A stretch of DNA of 64,000 nucleotides. It comes from a virus. Lineage: Duplodnaviria; Caudoviricetes. The stretch covers positions 32,001 to 96,000 of the IMG/VR virus record IMGVR_UViG_3300031867_000003; one strand, 5' to 3'. Position 1 is the stretch's first letter; every line of letters starts with the position of its first letter. A program made the position numbers and the translations under genes. A model generated the notes under the pieces. It was not told where the DNA came from. It saw only the letters and a list, made by a program, of their open reading frames with translations, and made no database searches. Shown one piece after another: positions 32,399 to 43,837 of the stretch.

Positions 32399-32578
32399 TC
32401 TGCGGTGACAGAATAGGTATTGTTCGGAAACACCGATCATATAGTAGTCAGCATAACGACCATAGCCGGTGAGATGACAGGTGAAAAAAGTCGATAAAAA
32501 CACATTAACGGGTTATGCTTAGATAGTCTGAGGCTGCTTGTAAAGATGAACTGCAAGGTGCAAATCCTTGCCCGCAGA
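32399..32578 (+). ncRNA. expanded tRNA-like RNA 2
   Basis: Acceptor stem TCTGCGG/CCGCAGA. D-arm ACAG-AATAGGTA-TTGT. T-arm GCAAGG-TGCAAAT-CCTTGC. About 125 nt replace the anticodon/variable arm. Confidence 0.6.
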
Positions 32579-33611
32579 TGTGAGCAATTTCATTAAAAGG
32601 TTTCCCTTCCGCTCACCGACAAATGTAAGGAAAGACTTACCCGTATACTAATCAGTGTCTGAAGCGGAGTGTAAAATGGCACAGATTATAAATAAACTTG
32701 TTTGTAAAGGAATTAATAATATGCTATTTACAGCACACAAAGATGCAGCCGTTGATTATGACGGCGCTGAAATTAAAGAGTTCAATAAATACTTCGATTC
32801 TCCATTTGTCCCATTTCCCGGTGGAGGACTTAATAGATATTGTTATGTAATTTATCAAGGACTATTTGGCAAATATAAAATCAGACAGTGCGAAGTCGTC
32901 TCGGTTTGGTTCACTAATATCTGGGGATGGCGCATGGATAACGGCTGGACGTTTAGTAGCGATGAACTTGATAAAACCGTGTTCAGATATGACAAAGAAA
33001 ATCTTAACAAAGCTATTGAGATTTGTGAAAAGAAAAACAGGATGAGGAAAGTTAAGGTTAAATACCTTTAAATGAGTGTTGAGGTAATGAAAAGGATCGG
33101 AAGATATGATTTACTTCCACCCTGTGAGCAACAATGAAATCTGAGTTTCATCGGAAAAGGAGTAAAAAATGGATAGATTTGAAAGAATTGCAGATATTCA
33201 GACAATTGATAGAAAAACAGCAAAACAGCTTATTGAAACCCTTGAAAACACTGGACTTTTTGTATGCCTCGGCGGACTTTATGGCCAGGACGAATGCAGC
33301 TTCATGGTGATGAAAAAATGTACCCCCGATGAAAATAAAATTTGATTGGAGAAAGGTTAATCGATTATGACAAATCTTGTATTTAGAACTCGACTATCAA
33401 ATATTATTACTCAAGCATATCAAATAAGTCGTGATACGGTTGAAACAATTGAAGGAGCCCCGATTATCAAAGATGGGAAATGCGTAGGATATATTAACAA
33501 AGTAGATATTGGAAATGATGAGTGCTTCGGAATTTTATTTGTACACGAATTGATGCCTTGGTTTACTAAAAATGCTGATACGATTACATCACTTTCCTGG
33601 GAGGATTGAAT

Positions 33612-34718
33612 ATGAAAGTATATAAGCAGAAACAGTATCTTGTATTCGATCTCGATGATGGAAAAACAGTAAAATATGATTTTGCTAAAAAGGTTGCCAT
33701 CGGCAAAAGCGGAAAGGTCGTTAAAGATTTAAGGACGCAGTTATCCGGAAAAAGCTTGGACGAGGTTTTTAATAGTTGTGAGGATAAAAACTATGCAAAA
33801 TTCTTGCGGTGGGTACGTAATAATAGCAGTTGTTATATTACCAATATTGGAACTGTTTTGTCTCATGTCCCGGAATATTCTCGATTTGAGCAGTTTTTCT
33901 CTGCGGGAGTTGATGTATTATCAAATGCATTGTCATATGATATAAAACATATCCCTAAAGGGTTAATAAAAATATGTCGTGAATATGATATACCTCTCCG
34001 TGATACTCTCGTAAAGTCATATAAAGAAATACCAGATGCTTACAATATTGTATTTTCAATGAGTTTTGTCTCATTGGATAAACAAGACATTCGATACTTA
34101 TTTACTGATACATATTATCAATCGGGTGGTTATAAAAGTACATATAATAGAGCTATAAAAGACTATGGATATACTGCAAAAGGATTACTGAAATATTTAG
34201 ATTATTGCAAGACATATGAGGCTTTTAATAGTATAGTTAGCGCTTTAGGAACATTAATAGACTATGCATATATGATGAAAAAAATATCCCCCAAATTTGA
34301 TAAATATCCACGTCATTTGCTAACTACTCATCAAATCGCTGCAAGAAATTATAACAGATTAAAACATCAGTTTGATGAAATTGCTTTTAAGAAAAGAATT
34401 AATCCCGATATGGAGAAAACCTTTGGCGATTATAAATTCTATTATCCTCGTTCCACTCAAGACATTAAGGATGAAGCAGTAATGCAGAATAACTGTGTAG
34501 CCTCATATATACAGCGCGTCCTTGATGGGGAGTGCGATATTTTATTCCTCAGATATAAAGAATTACCGGATAAATCGTTGGTAACTATTGAGGTAAGAAA
34601 TAATCATATTGTCCAGGCTCGTCAGAAGTTTAATGATCCTGTCACAGAATTGCAGCAAGATGCTATCAATAAGTGGAACGAATGGTATGGCAAAAAGATG
34701 ATTGGTATGGCTTCATAA
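33612..34718 (+). CDS. PcfJ-domain protein
   Basis: EAVMQNNCVASY, ILFLR, TIEV and QARQKFN motifs. Confidence 0.8.
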   Translation: MKVYKQKQYLVFDLDDGKTVKYDFAKKVAIGKSGKVVKDLRTQLSGKSLDEVFNSCEDKNYAKFLRWVRNNSSCYITNIGTVLSHVPEYSRFEQFFSAGVDVLSNALSYDIKHIPKGLIKICREYDIPLRDTLVKSYKEIPDAYNIVFSMSFVSLDKQDIRYLFTDTYYQSGGYKSTYNRAIKDYGYTAKGLLKYLDYCKTYEAFNSIVSALGTLIDYAYMMKKISPKFDKYPRHLLTTHQIAARNYNRLKHQFDEIAFKKRINPDMEKTFGDYKFYYPRSTQDIKDEAVMQNNCVASYIQRVLDGECDILFLRYKELPDKSLVTIEVRNNHIVQARQKFNDPVTELQQDAINKWNEWYGKKMIGMAS

Positions 34719-36536
34719 GGAGATATAATATGAAGGTAGTTGAAAATATTGGTTATATACTTGATGGTTTTGGTAATATTATTGGGAGCGGCATGTTTAA
34801 TATGAAAGTTCCGAGTCTTAACGATATCGCATCTGGGAAAAAAGATAAAGTAGTATGTAGGTTTAATAGCGATAAAACATTTAGAGCTACGATAGATGTA
34901 GATAGCATCGATATAAGAAATATGAAAAGATTTATTCTTAAGGGGACAAATAACTGGCGTAAAATGCATGGTTTGCCGATGCAGCACTACAAAAGATATC
35001 CACATGAGAAAAAGTCGAGGAAAAAATAATGAAACATGAATTAGGATTTTGGTTCTGGTACTATATTGTAATGATAGCTAATGGTGTAACATCAATTCTT
35101 ATTGGCATAAAGTTGGCGAGACCCTCCAATATTGTTCTAGGAGCACTTTTAATTATTATTTATTCTTTTCTACTATGGGACTATAAAAACATGGATTAAT
35201 GGAGAAAACATATGGCTATTTTAAAAATCAGAAATGAATTTAATGATGATATAACATTAGATGTAATTGCCAAAGCCGAGCGAAGAGTGGCTAAAAAGAA
35301 AGAAGTTCTTGAGGATATACAGAATGAATATGAACTTCTTGAGAAGCAAGCTTTTGGCCTATATAAATCCATAATAGAATATTATATGTTGGATTGTGCT
35401 ACTATCGGCAAAGCCGCAAAATGGCTAGGTATGGTAGAGAAAAACAAAGATGCCAATGGTAACAAACTGGATAAACGCAAAAAACATGAAGAGAAGGATG
35501 CATTCATTTATATCCAGAATATTGTTAAAAGATTATTAGACCTAGAAGACTTCGAAATTACAAATATATTGGACTATAATTATAGTCAAGGTAAGAATAT
35601 AGAGTTTTCTTCGTATGGTCATAATTGGATATTGGAAGTTCCGTGGGTGTCTAATGTTACACTAAAATCGTATCAGTATACTGGTAAATATGTATTTATG
35701 TTGATGATATCACATAGAGATAGTGACTGGAGTTCGACTGTTGTGGGATCAACATTTGAAGAAAAAGAATTAAAAGATATCATGAAGAATGCCATTAAGA
35801 AATATTGCTCTGTGGATAATGGTGGTGATTGATATGATGAGCTGGGATGAATTCCGGGATGAAATGATGAAGTATGACGGTCACAACATTCGAGAAGAGA
35901 ATAAAAAGCTGATAGAACGATATCCGTTCTTGAAGCCACATAATTCTCATTATGATTACGGATGGACAAAACTGGATGAACTGCCGGAAGGATGGTATGC
36001 TGCTTTTGGGCTTCAAATGTGTGAGGATCTGCGCAATATTCTTATTGAGGGGGACTATCTTGATAAGTATGAAATCCTTGAAATTAAGGAGAAATGGGGT
36101 CGGCTAACCTGGTATGATTGTGGAGTACCGGATAGTATTAGTGTTAAGTATGATTATTGGATTGCTAGGTACGAAGATTTATCAGAGATGACTTGTATCC
36201 ATTGCGGTAAACAGGGCAAGATGGTAATCAAGGGTTATTGGCTCTATCCAATATGTAAGAAATGTTTTGAAGAAAAGAATAAGAATAAAGATTACGAGGA
36301 GTGGACGTCATGAGAAATCCCGATAGATTAGATGGATTTTATGAGGAGTTAAAGAGTATTCATAAGAAATACCTAAGTGACTGGCGATTTGGACAGCTAT
36401 GCTATAACTTCTTTGAGTGGCTAAATAATATTAAGGGGATAGATCCGTTCTTCCCAGAAGAAGATAAGATGTTGGAATACTTAAAAGAGTATATGTCTCC
36501 CCTAATAGGAAAATATAATTAATTATTAAATAGGTA

Positions 36537-36565
36537 TTGCAAGAATCAACAAAGTGTGCTATAGT
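36537..36565 (+). promoter_or_regulatory. sigma-A type promoter flanked by AATTATTAAA boxes
   Basis: TTGCAA-17bp-TATAGT with an extended TG. Confidence 0.6.
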
Positions 36566-37638
36566 ATATCTATACTAATTAATTATTAAAGAAAGAGGTA
36601 CAAAGTATGCCGAGGATGTATATTTGCCGGGATGTAATCGTGATAATGTGGCTTGGATACGAATGGATTATCCCGAGATTTTTCCAAAACAGGAGGAAGA
36701 GATGGTAACTAAAGTATTACTGATACTATTGATAATTTATAACGTGGGTTTTCTGGCAGCCTATGTGGGGATAAAACCGCCGATTAGCTTCTGGCGTGAT
36801 TTCTTTAGCGTTAGGAACATACTAGGCTGGATTTACGGACTTATTCTTGCCATATTGTCAACTCCTGCGGTAATTGTCTACTATGTGTTTTTTTGGATAC
36901 TAGTATTAATCACATGGTTAGATATCTTCGGAACTAAGAAACCACTCAGAATGGCGAAATTCTCGCTAGGCATTAATAAGGAAGATGAGAAATGAAATAT
37001 AAACCATATACACCGTTTTGTTATAAATTTCCGCTACGCTATAGGTTACTTCACCCGATTGAACGGCTTCATGACATTGGATTAAATATTAAATACGCAT
37101 ATCAGCGGATTAAGTATGGATGGTGTGAGAAAGATACATTTGATATTGATACATGGTTTCTGAATGTTGTTCCTCAGATGTTGAAGTATTTCCGAGATCA
37201 TCTTCACGGTCATCCGGTGTTTATGCTGGACAATGGGGAACTCGACCCAGACAGCGAACATCGTTGGAATATGATACTGGACGAAATGATTTCTTGCTTC
37301 GACGCTATTAACAATGACATTTTAAACATTTACAATTCTAATGATAAATACAAAGACCGGGCATTTGAGTTACTTTCCAAACATTTCTGGAATTTGTGGG
37401 ATTGAGGTAATTATATGATTAACGTAAAAGATTTTGAAGGGTGGACACCCGAAATTGAACTGGCTTCTGATAGCAATAAAAATGGACGAGTTACACTGAG
37501 TGCGTTGGTAGACCTAGATAATTCCAGCGTGGAATATGGCGTAGTTCATTATGTTAAGAACAAAAAGAAGTCGGTTCATTTTAATTATTTAGACACTGCT
37601 GTTAACTATTATAACAACAAACTTTGAGGGGAAGAATT

Positions 37639-39558
37639 ATGACTACATATGCTGAAATGGTAGATTTGATTAACCGAGCTAAAGAAGCATATTATGGCTC
37701 TGGAGAGACAATAATGTCGGACCAGGAATATGATAGGCTTGTTGCTAGGGCTGAGAAGCTTGGTTATGTGGAAACTGTCGGTTCTGCTCCAATTGATGCT
37801 ATTGAAAAAATCAAACATGAACATCCGATGTTATCATTGGATAAAATTCATACAATTAACGAGGTTAAGTCATTTCTCAAGTACGATAGTGTGGCAATGT
37901 GGAAAGCTGACGGATTGAGTGTGTCAGCTACCTATATAGACGGTAAACTTACCAGGCTAGAAACTCGCGGCAACGGTTCGGTCGGCAATGACATTATGCA
38001 TCATGCGATGTCAATTGAGAATCTGCCGATGACGATTAACAAGTCCGGAAAGTATGTAATTGACGGTGAGTGCGTAATTCTCTATCCGGATTTTGAGAAA
38101 ATTAATTCCAAGATTTTTGATACCGAAAAATATAAGAACCCAAGGAATCTCGCAGCCGGTTCGCTAAACCTACTGGATGGAGCAATTTCTGCTAAACGTC
38201 ATCTTAAGTTCTTCGCCTGGGATGTTATTGAAGGTGGCGAGGGTGAACTGTTTGTGGATTTAGCTAAGGCTTATTCGTTGGGATTCGATATTGTTGATGC
38301 TACTTACCTTTATGCTGATAGTGATGTGGATCAAATTCAGAACGCTATTGATATGCTGAAGAAGTCCGCCGAAGACATGGGATTCCCGATTGATGGTATT
38401 GTAATTAAATATGACGACTTAAAGCTTAGAGATTCTCTTGGGTCAACGGCCCATCATCCGCGCAATGCGCAAGCGTTTAAATTTGTTGATGATTCATATC
38501 CTACAAAACTTATTTCGGTTGATTGGCAAATCGGCAAAACAGCGCAGCTTACTCCGGTAGCTATTTTTGAACCCGTAGAGATTGATAATACGGAAGTGAG
38601 CAAAGCAACTCTTCATAATATTACAATTATGAAACAGCTTGGTATTACTAATGGATGCACTTGTTATATAAAGAAATACAATATGATAATCCCAGGCGTA
38701 GATTCAGTAGATGATGATGGCAACGGCGAAATTGAAATCCCGGAATTTTGTCCAATTTGTTCTGCTCCGACTCGCATAGTCAAGGAGAATAAATCCGAAG
38801 TTCTTTACTGTACCAATGACGAATGTCCTGGAAAAACTCTCGGCAAATGGGTGGCATTCGTGTCAAAGAAGGGTATGGATATTGACGGACTTTCGGAACA
38901 GACTCTGGATAAGCTAATCAACTTTGGCTATTTAACCAACATGTTTGAGAGTGTTTATTCTCTTCATTTGTATAAGAACGAACTCTACAAGATTGACGGT
39001 TTTGGCAAGAAGTCAATTGACAATTTGTTAGCTGCGATTGAATCCAGCAAAGAATGTGACTTAATCCATTTTATTACCGCATTTTCTATCCCTGGAATCG
39101 GAGAGGGACAGAGTAAACTACTGGCGAAGTTCTTCAAGACATTCGATGCGTTCAGTAAAGCTTGTGATAACCAGTATGATTTTTCAAATATTCCGGGAAT
39201 TGGTCCGGTGCTTAGTCGCAACATTAATAAATGGTGGATGCTTAACCATATGCAGATGCTTGATATTGCTAACATCGTATCGTTTATTGGCGATGATTTC
39301 ATGAATAAGCCGGACGGTCACTATCCACTGGTCGATAAAACATTTGTTGTCACTGGATCTGTTCATCATTATAAGAACCGCAACGAATTGCAGAAGATTA
39401 TTGAAGATCTCGGCGGTAAAGTGGTCGGCTCTGTTAGCAAATCTACCAGTTATCTGATTAACAACGATGCTACCAGTGATAGTAGTAAGAATAAAAAAGC
39501 TAAATCACTAGGTATCCCGATTATTACTGAAGAACAATTTTTGGAACTTATTAAATAA
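37639..39558 (+). CDS. ligA: NAD-dependent DNA ligase
   Basis: MLSLDK, KADG, TRGNG, NPRNLAAGS, Zn finger, HhH and C-terminal BRCT. Confidence 0.95.
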   Translation: MTTYAEMVDLINRAKEAYYGSGETIMSDQEYDRLVARAEKLGYVETVGSAPIDAIEKIKHEHPMLSLDKIHTINEVKSFLKYDSVAMWKADGLSVSATYIDGKLTRLETRGNGSVGNDIMHHAMSIENLPMTINKSGKYVIDGECVILYPDFEKINSKIFDTEKYKNPRNLAAGSLNLLDGAISAKRHLKFFAWDVIEGGEGELFVDLAKAYSLGFDIVDATYLYADSDVDQIQNAIDMLKKSAEDMGFPIDGIVIKYDDLKLRDSLGSTAHHPRNAQAFKFVDDSYPTKLISVDWQIGKTAQLTPVAIFEPVEIDNTEVSKATLHNITIMKQLGITNGCTCYIKKYNMIIPGVDSVDDDGNGEIEIPEFCPICSAPTRIVKENKSEVLYCTNDECPGKTLGKWVAFVSKKGMDIDGLSEQTLDKLINFGYLTNMFESVYSLHLYKNELYKIDGFGKKSIDNLLAAIESSKECDLIHFITAFSIPGIGEGQSKLLAKFFKTFDAFSKACDNQYDFSNIPGIGPVLSRNINKWWMLNHMQMLDIANIVSFIGDDFMNKPDGHYPLVDKTFVVTGSVHHYKNRNELQKIIEDLGGKVVGSVSKSTSYLINNDATSDSSKNKKAKSLGIPIITEEQFLELIK

Positions 39559-39644
39559 GGACTAACTGTTAAGTTATTAAAAACATAGAAATATGTAGTC
39601 AAACATAATTAAAAGTGGACACGATTAGCCTTTTAATTATGGAT

Positions 39645-39870
39645 TTAACAGTAGGTTTCGAGCCTAAGTGAGTGCTGGATAATGAAAGTTACTCTGCATG
39701 ATGAACTACGATAGAGAGATAAGGCAAAAACACACCTTCGGATGCACTTTCAGTCCGTTGCTCTGTGAGTGCCAACCAAGAAACATCGCTAATGTCCTGC
39801 GGTGAAAACAGGGAAACACATGTTCTTCTTTCCGTCATTGGCACGAAGGAAAATTCTCCGAAAGGAAGGT
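39645..39870 (+). ncRNA. putative IscB omegaRNA (boundaries approximate)
   Basis: Structured non-coding region directly upstream of iscB, with ACACCTTCGGATG...TCCG..GCTCTG and CATTGGC..GAAGG segments typical of IscB leaders. Confidence 0.6.
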
Positions 39871-39877
39871 GTCAGAA

Positions 39878-41119
39878 ATGACAAATTATTGTTTTGTGTT
39901 GGATGCCGATGGAAAACCATTAAGTCCAACAAAAGAAGTAAAAGGTTGGTATATGATACGAAAAGGGAAGGCCAGCCTTGTATCAAAGTACCCAATGGTA
40001 ATACAACTGAATCGTAAGATACCTGATAATGAAATCTGTAAAGATGAAATTCGCTGCGGAATTGATGATGGTGGTCTTCATGTAGGGATTGCCCTAGTTC
40101 AAAAATGCCGGACTAAAAATAAGGTATTATTTAAAGGTACTGTAGAACAGCGCAACGATGTAAAACATCTTATGGACGTACGTAGAGGTTACCGTAGGTA
40201 TCATAGGTATCACAAAAGGCACCGCAAAGCAAGATATAATAATCGTAAATCTTCAAAACGAAAAGACAGAATTGCACCGAGTATACTGCAAAAACGCCAG
40301 GCGATTATACGAGTAATGCATTACTTAAATAAGTGGATTAATATAACTTCGTATTGGCTTGAAGATGTCGCTATAGACATACGTGCATTAACTGACGGAT
40401 ATAAACCTTATAGGTGGAAGTATCAGGAATCTAATCGTTTAGATGAAAATATACGAAAAGCAGTGATCTTGAGAGATGGCTGTAAATGTATGGAATGCGG
40501 TAGAACTGATACAAGATTAGAAGTACATCATATAAAGCCTAAAAGGCTTAATGGTTCTAATACAATGGACAATCTGATTACACTTTGTGAAGGATGCCAT
40601 CGGATAACTGAGGGGAAAGAAGAACAGTATATGCAACACTATTTTAACAGACTTAGTTCTTCAGATAATAAGTATCTCAATTACGCAAGCCATGTAATGA
40701 TAGGTAAAATGTGGTTGCAAGGACAGCTATCTGAACTTGGGGATCTTCATCTTACAACGGGCGGCGATACTGCGAATAAACGCATAGATTGGAATATAGA
40801 GAAGTCCCATTCTAATGATGCCATCTGCATTGTTGATTTAGAACCTGATACTACTGATATTAAAGAGTGGATTATTAAACCTATACGCAGACAAAGTAAA
40901 GCTAAGACTGACAATGTATTAGGAATTAAGCATAAAGATTTTGTAGAGTACACTTTCAAAAATGGTGAAACCCATAGAGGGTACGTAACAGCGTTATATC
41001 CAAAACAAAATGCTTTAAATTTCCAGAGTCCTACAAAACATTGCAAGAAAGTAAATGCAAGAAAATGTAGATTGCTATGGAAATTTTCGAAAATTTATTG
41101 GTTAGATAGTGTGTCTTAA
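39878..41119 (+). CDS. iscB: IscB (RRXRR + HNH) RNA-guided endonuclease, IS200/IS605 family
   Basis: PLSP motif, [26 protein letters not shown]...N...NLITLC, and HSNDA. Confidence 0.9.
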   Translation: MTNYCFVLDADGKPLSPTKEVKGWYMIRKGKASLVSKYPMVIQLNRKIPDNEICKDEIRCGIDDGGLHVGIALVQKCRTKNKVLFKGTVEQRNDVKHLMDVRRGYRRYHRYHKRHRKARYNNRKSSKRKDRIAPSILQKRQAIIRVMHYLNKWINITSYWLEDVAIDIRALTDGYKPYRWKYQESNRLDENIRKAVILRDGCKCMECGRTDTRLEVHHIKPKRLNGSNTMDNLITLCEGCHRITEGKEEQYMQHYFNRLSSSDNKYLNYASHVMIGKMWLQGQLSELGDLHLTTGGDTANKRIDWNIEKSHSNDAICIVDLEPDTTDIKEWIIKPIRRQSKAKTDNVLGIKHKDFVEYTFKNGETHRGYVTALYPKQNALNFQSPTKHCKKVNARKCRLLWKFSKIYWLDSVS

Positions 41120-42088
41120 ACACATTTTTGTATATTTAAACACTATTAACAATATTTTTATAAGGAGGAATTTATGAAACCGGTTGATGTAATTAACACA
41201 ATCACTAATCTTGAGGCAGATGAGATAAAGGAACTTGCCGATATCCGTTCCGCCGAAGATATTAACGATAAAACTTTTGATAAACTGTATGCTCGCACAA
41301 GGTGGCATATTCAACACTCATTCGAAACAGGTTGGAATACTTGTTGTGATTTTCTATTGTCATGGTTCGATGATATGAAAACCACTCTCGAAGAAGAGGA
41401 TAACCCTGGAATTCTAACCCTAGATCAACTGATTCAAACAATTCGCAAGTTTAAACTTGGTGATAATGAGGTGGATGAGGGATGAGTTGGTGGACAGAAA
41501 TAGGAGATGTAGTCCAGTTTAATGAAAAACATGACTGGCGCGGAGTAATAGGAATAATCACTGAAATCAAACAAATTGACGGCGGTGATATCAAATATAG
41601 AATTGGTGTGCCGATGTTGAACGGGGGAGTTGCCTATATTTACTCCCTTGGCTCAGCTGCCGAATTTGAGTACATTGGTAAAGCAGCATTATGGGTAGAC
41701 GGCAAAATTATAGGGGGAGAATACAATGAATGTTAATGTGACTTTTCATGGGCAGTTATCTGTGAACGCCGCGGATGAAAACATTGGTAATTCTGTTGCT
41801 CTCCAAATGCTATATGACAGACTGAAAAACATCGACGGTTTTTCTTATATTAGAACCGGAATGCCCGGTTGCGAGGTTAGAATTTGTCGAGTCAATGATT
41901 GGGAAGGGCTGTATATTAACAATGAAATTGCCATCCAGGGGCATCATCTGGACGTAGGAGAAGTGCTTCACTGCCTTGAAAATATCGGCAATATCAATTT
42001 CATTAGCGAATGGTGTAATGAAAGACAGATTGAGGAACTCGGTGGCTTTCCGCATTATTATACCGATTTAAAAATGGGGTAAATAACA

Positions 42089-42325
42089 ATGATTAAACTA
42101 CAAATTCAATTTGACAAAGTTAATAAATTATGTGCTATCTGCGAAGCCGTACCATTTGATGTAGATATTGTTTGTGGAAAGTACGTTGTTGACGGCACCA
42201 GTGCAATGGGGGTTGCTTCTTTAATTGGCAGAACGGTCACTGTTAATCCAGTGGCGATTGATGACCAACGTCAAGTGTTTGACTTCTATGAAAAATTAAC
42301 TTCGATCGGAGCATATCAAGTATGA
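42089..42325 (+). CDS. HPr-like protein
   Basis: DVDIVCGKYVVDGTSAMGV resembles the HPr 'VDAKSIMG' segment. Confidence 0.65.
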   Translation: MIKLQIQFDKVNKLCAICEAVPFDVDIVCGKYVVDGTSAMGVASLIGRTVTVNPVAIDDQRQVFDFYEKLTSIGAYQV

Positions 42326-42335
42326 ATAATTTTAT

Positions 42336-43827
42336 AGAATTGGAGCGTAAAACCCACTACCCTTGGGTAGTGGGATATAAGCGATCTCTCAACAGTATAT
42401 TTTACCAAAACAATGTGTTTCAGTAAAATGTATGCCATAATATACATACAGGAGAAATCCGAGTCTTTAGAAAGGAGTAAGACTATATGTATCTATCTGT
42501 AAAGCAACAGGTTAAGCATCTATCAAAGGAAGATTACAAAACTATTAGAGAACTCTGTCATATAGCTAAGAACCTCACAAATGAGGCTATCTATAATGTA
42601 AGACAGTATTACTTTACGGGGGGTGAGTACCTTAACTATAAGAAAAACTATGCTCTTCTCAAAAATAGCCCTAACTACAAGGCGCTAAATTCCAACATGG
42701 CACAACAGATACTTAAAGAAGTCGATGGCAGTTTTAAATCATTCTTCGGGCTTCTTAAACTTGCGAAGTAGGGCAAATATGCTTTTAAGGATTGTAAGTT
42801 ACCACATTATCTTCCGGAAGACGGATATACCACGCTTGTAATCGGGTTTGTAAGACTAAATGGTAATAAACTGATACTTCCGTTTTCTAACAGCTTCAAG
42901 AAAACACATAAAGCTGTAGAGATAACGATACCACCTATATTGCTTGATAAAAAGGTTAAAGAGATTCGTATTATTCCTAAAGCAAAGGCAAGGTTCTTTG
43001 AGATATAGTATATCTACGAAGTAGAGATTATTCAAAGAAATCTAAACCAAAACAACGCACTTGCTCTTGACCTTGGAATAAATAATCTTATAACCGCTGT
43101 ATCAAGTACAGGGAAATCGTTCATCATTGATGGAAGAAGGCTTAAATCTATAAACCAGTGGTTTAACAAAGAAAATGCAAGGCTTCAGTCTATCAAGGAT
43201 AAACAAGGTTTTGGTAAAAAGACAACCAATCGTCAAAAAGCTATTGCAAGAGACAGAAATAACAAAGTGAACGATTATATGAACAAAGCAGCACGTAAGA
43301 TCATAGATTACTGTGTTGCTAACGATATAGGTACGCTTGTTGTCGGCTACAATGAAACATTTCAATGTGATACCAATATGGGTAAACGAAATAATCAGAC
43401 CTTTGTAAACATCCCTTATGCTCAGTTACGGGATAAATTAGCGTATCTTTGCGAGTTAAACAGCATCACTTTTGTAAAACAAGAAGAATCTTATACATCC
43501 AAAGCAAGTTTTTGGGATAAGGATACTATTCCTATCTATAATGCTGATAACCCGAAAGAATATCAGTTTAGCGGTAAGAGAATGTGCAGAGGATTGTATA
43601 AAACAGCAAGTGGTAGTTCATTTAATGCAGATGTAAATGGGGCATTAAACATTATGCGTAAAAGTAGCGTTGTGGATATGAATATCCTATACGGTAGAGG
43701 CGAAGTGGACACGCCTATAAGAATAAGGATTGCCTGACTTGTCAGGTGGAAACTTAAATATCACACTTCTTAAATAGAGTTGCAAGACTCTTAGAAGCCA
43801 TGTACCTTTAGGTGTGTGGTAGTTCAC
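42336..43827 (+). mobile_element. non-autonomous IS200/IS605-family (IS1341-like) element inserted into an FNT gene
   Basis: Left hairpin CCCACTACCC-TT-GGGTAGTGGG follows TTTAT. Right end ...GTGGTAGTTCAC. Removing the element restores ATG AAT AAT TTT ATT AAA TCG ATT ATG in frame. Confidence 0.82.
42487..43737 (+). CDS. tnpB: TnpB with two in-frame TAG codons (42769, 43006)
   Basis: ALDLG, EESYTSK and NADVNGALNI motifs. TAGs fall in LAK(Q)GKY and FEI(Q)YIY. Confidence 0.85.
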
Positions 43828-43837
43828 TAAATCGATT

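Larger units (their letters stand above)
19765..33609 (+). other. array of about 50 short co-oriented accessory ORFs with ATRAAA-N6-TTTBAT sites at many junctions
   Basis: ORF track plus the manually aligned junction motif (see findings). Confidence 0.65.

Noticed and set aside
20731-32578. tRNA-like elements as the amber suppressor tRNA
   Set aside because: I could not place a canonical anticodon arm with CTA in either copy.
42336-43827. IStron (group I intron-IS hybrid) that would splice out of the FNT mRNA
   Set aside because: The leader is only about 150 nt with no recognisable group I core, and the element ends in TCAC rather than a terminal G.
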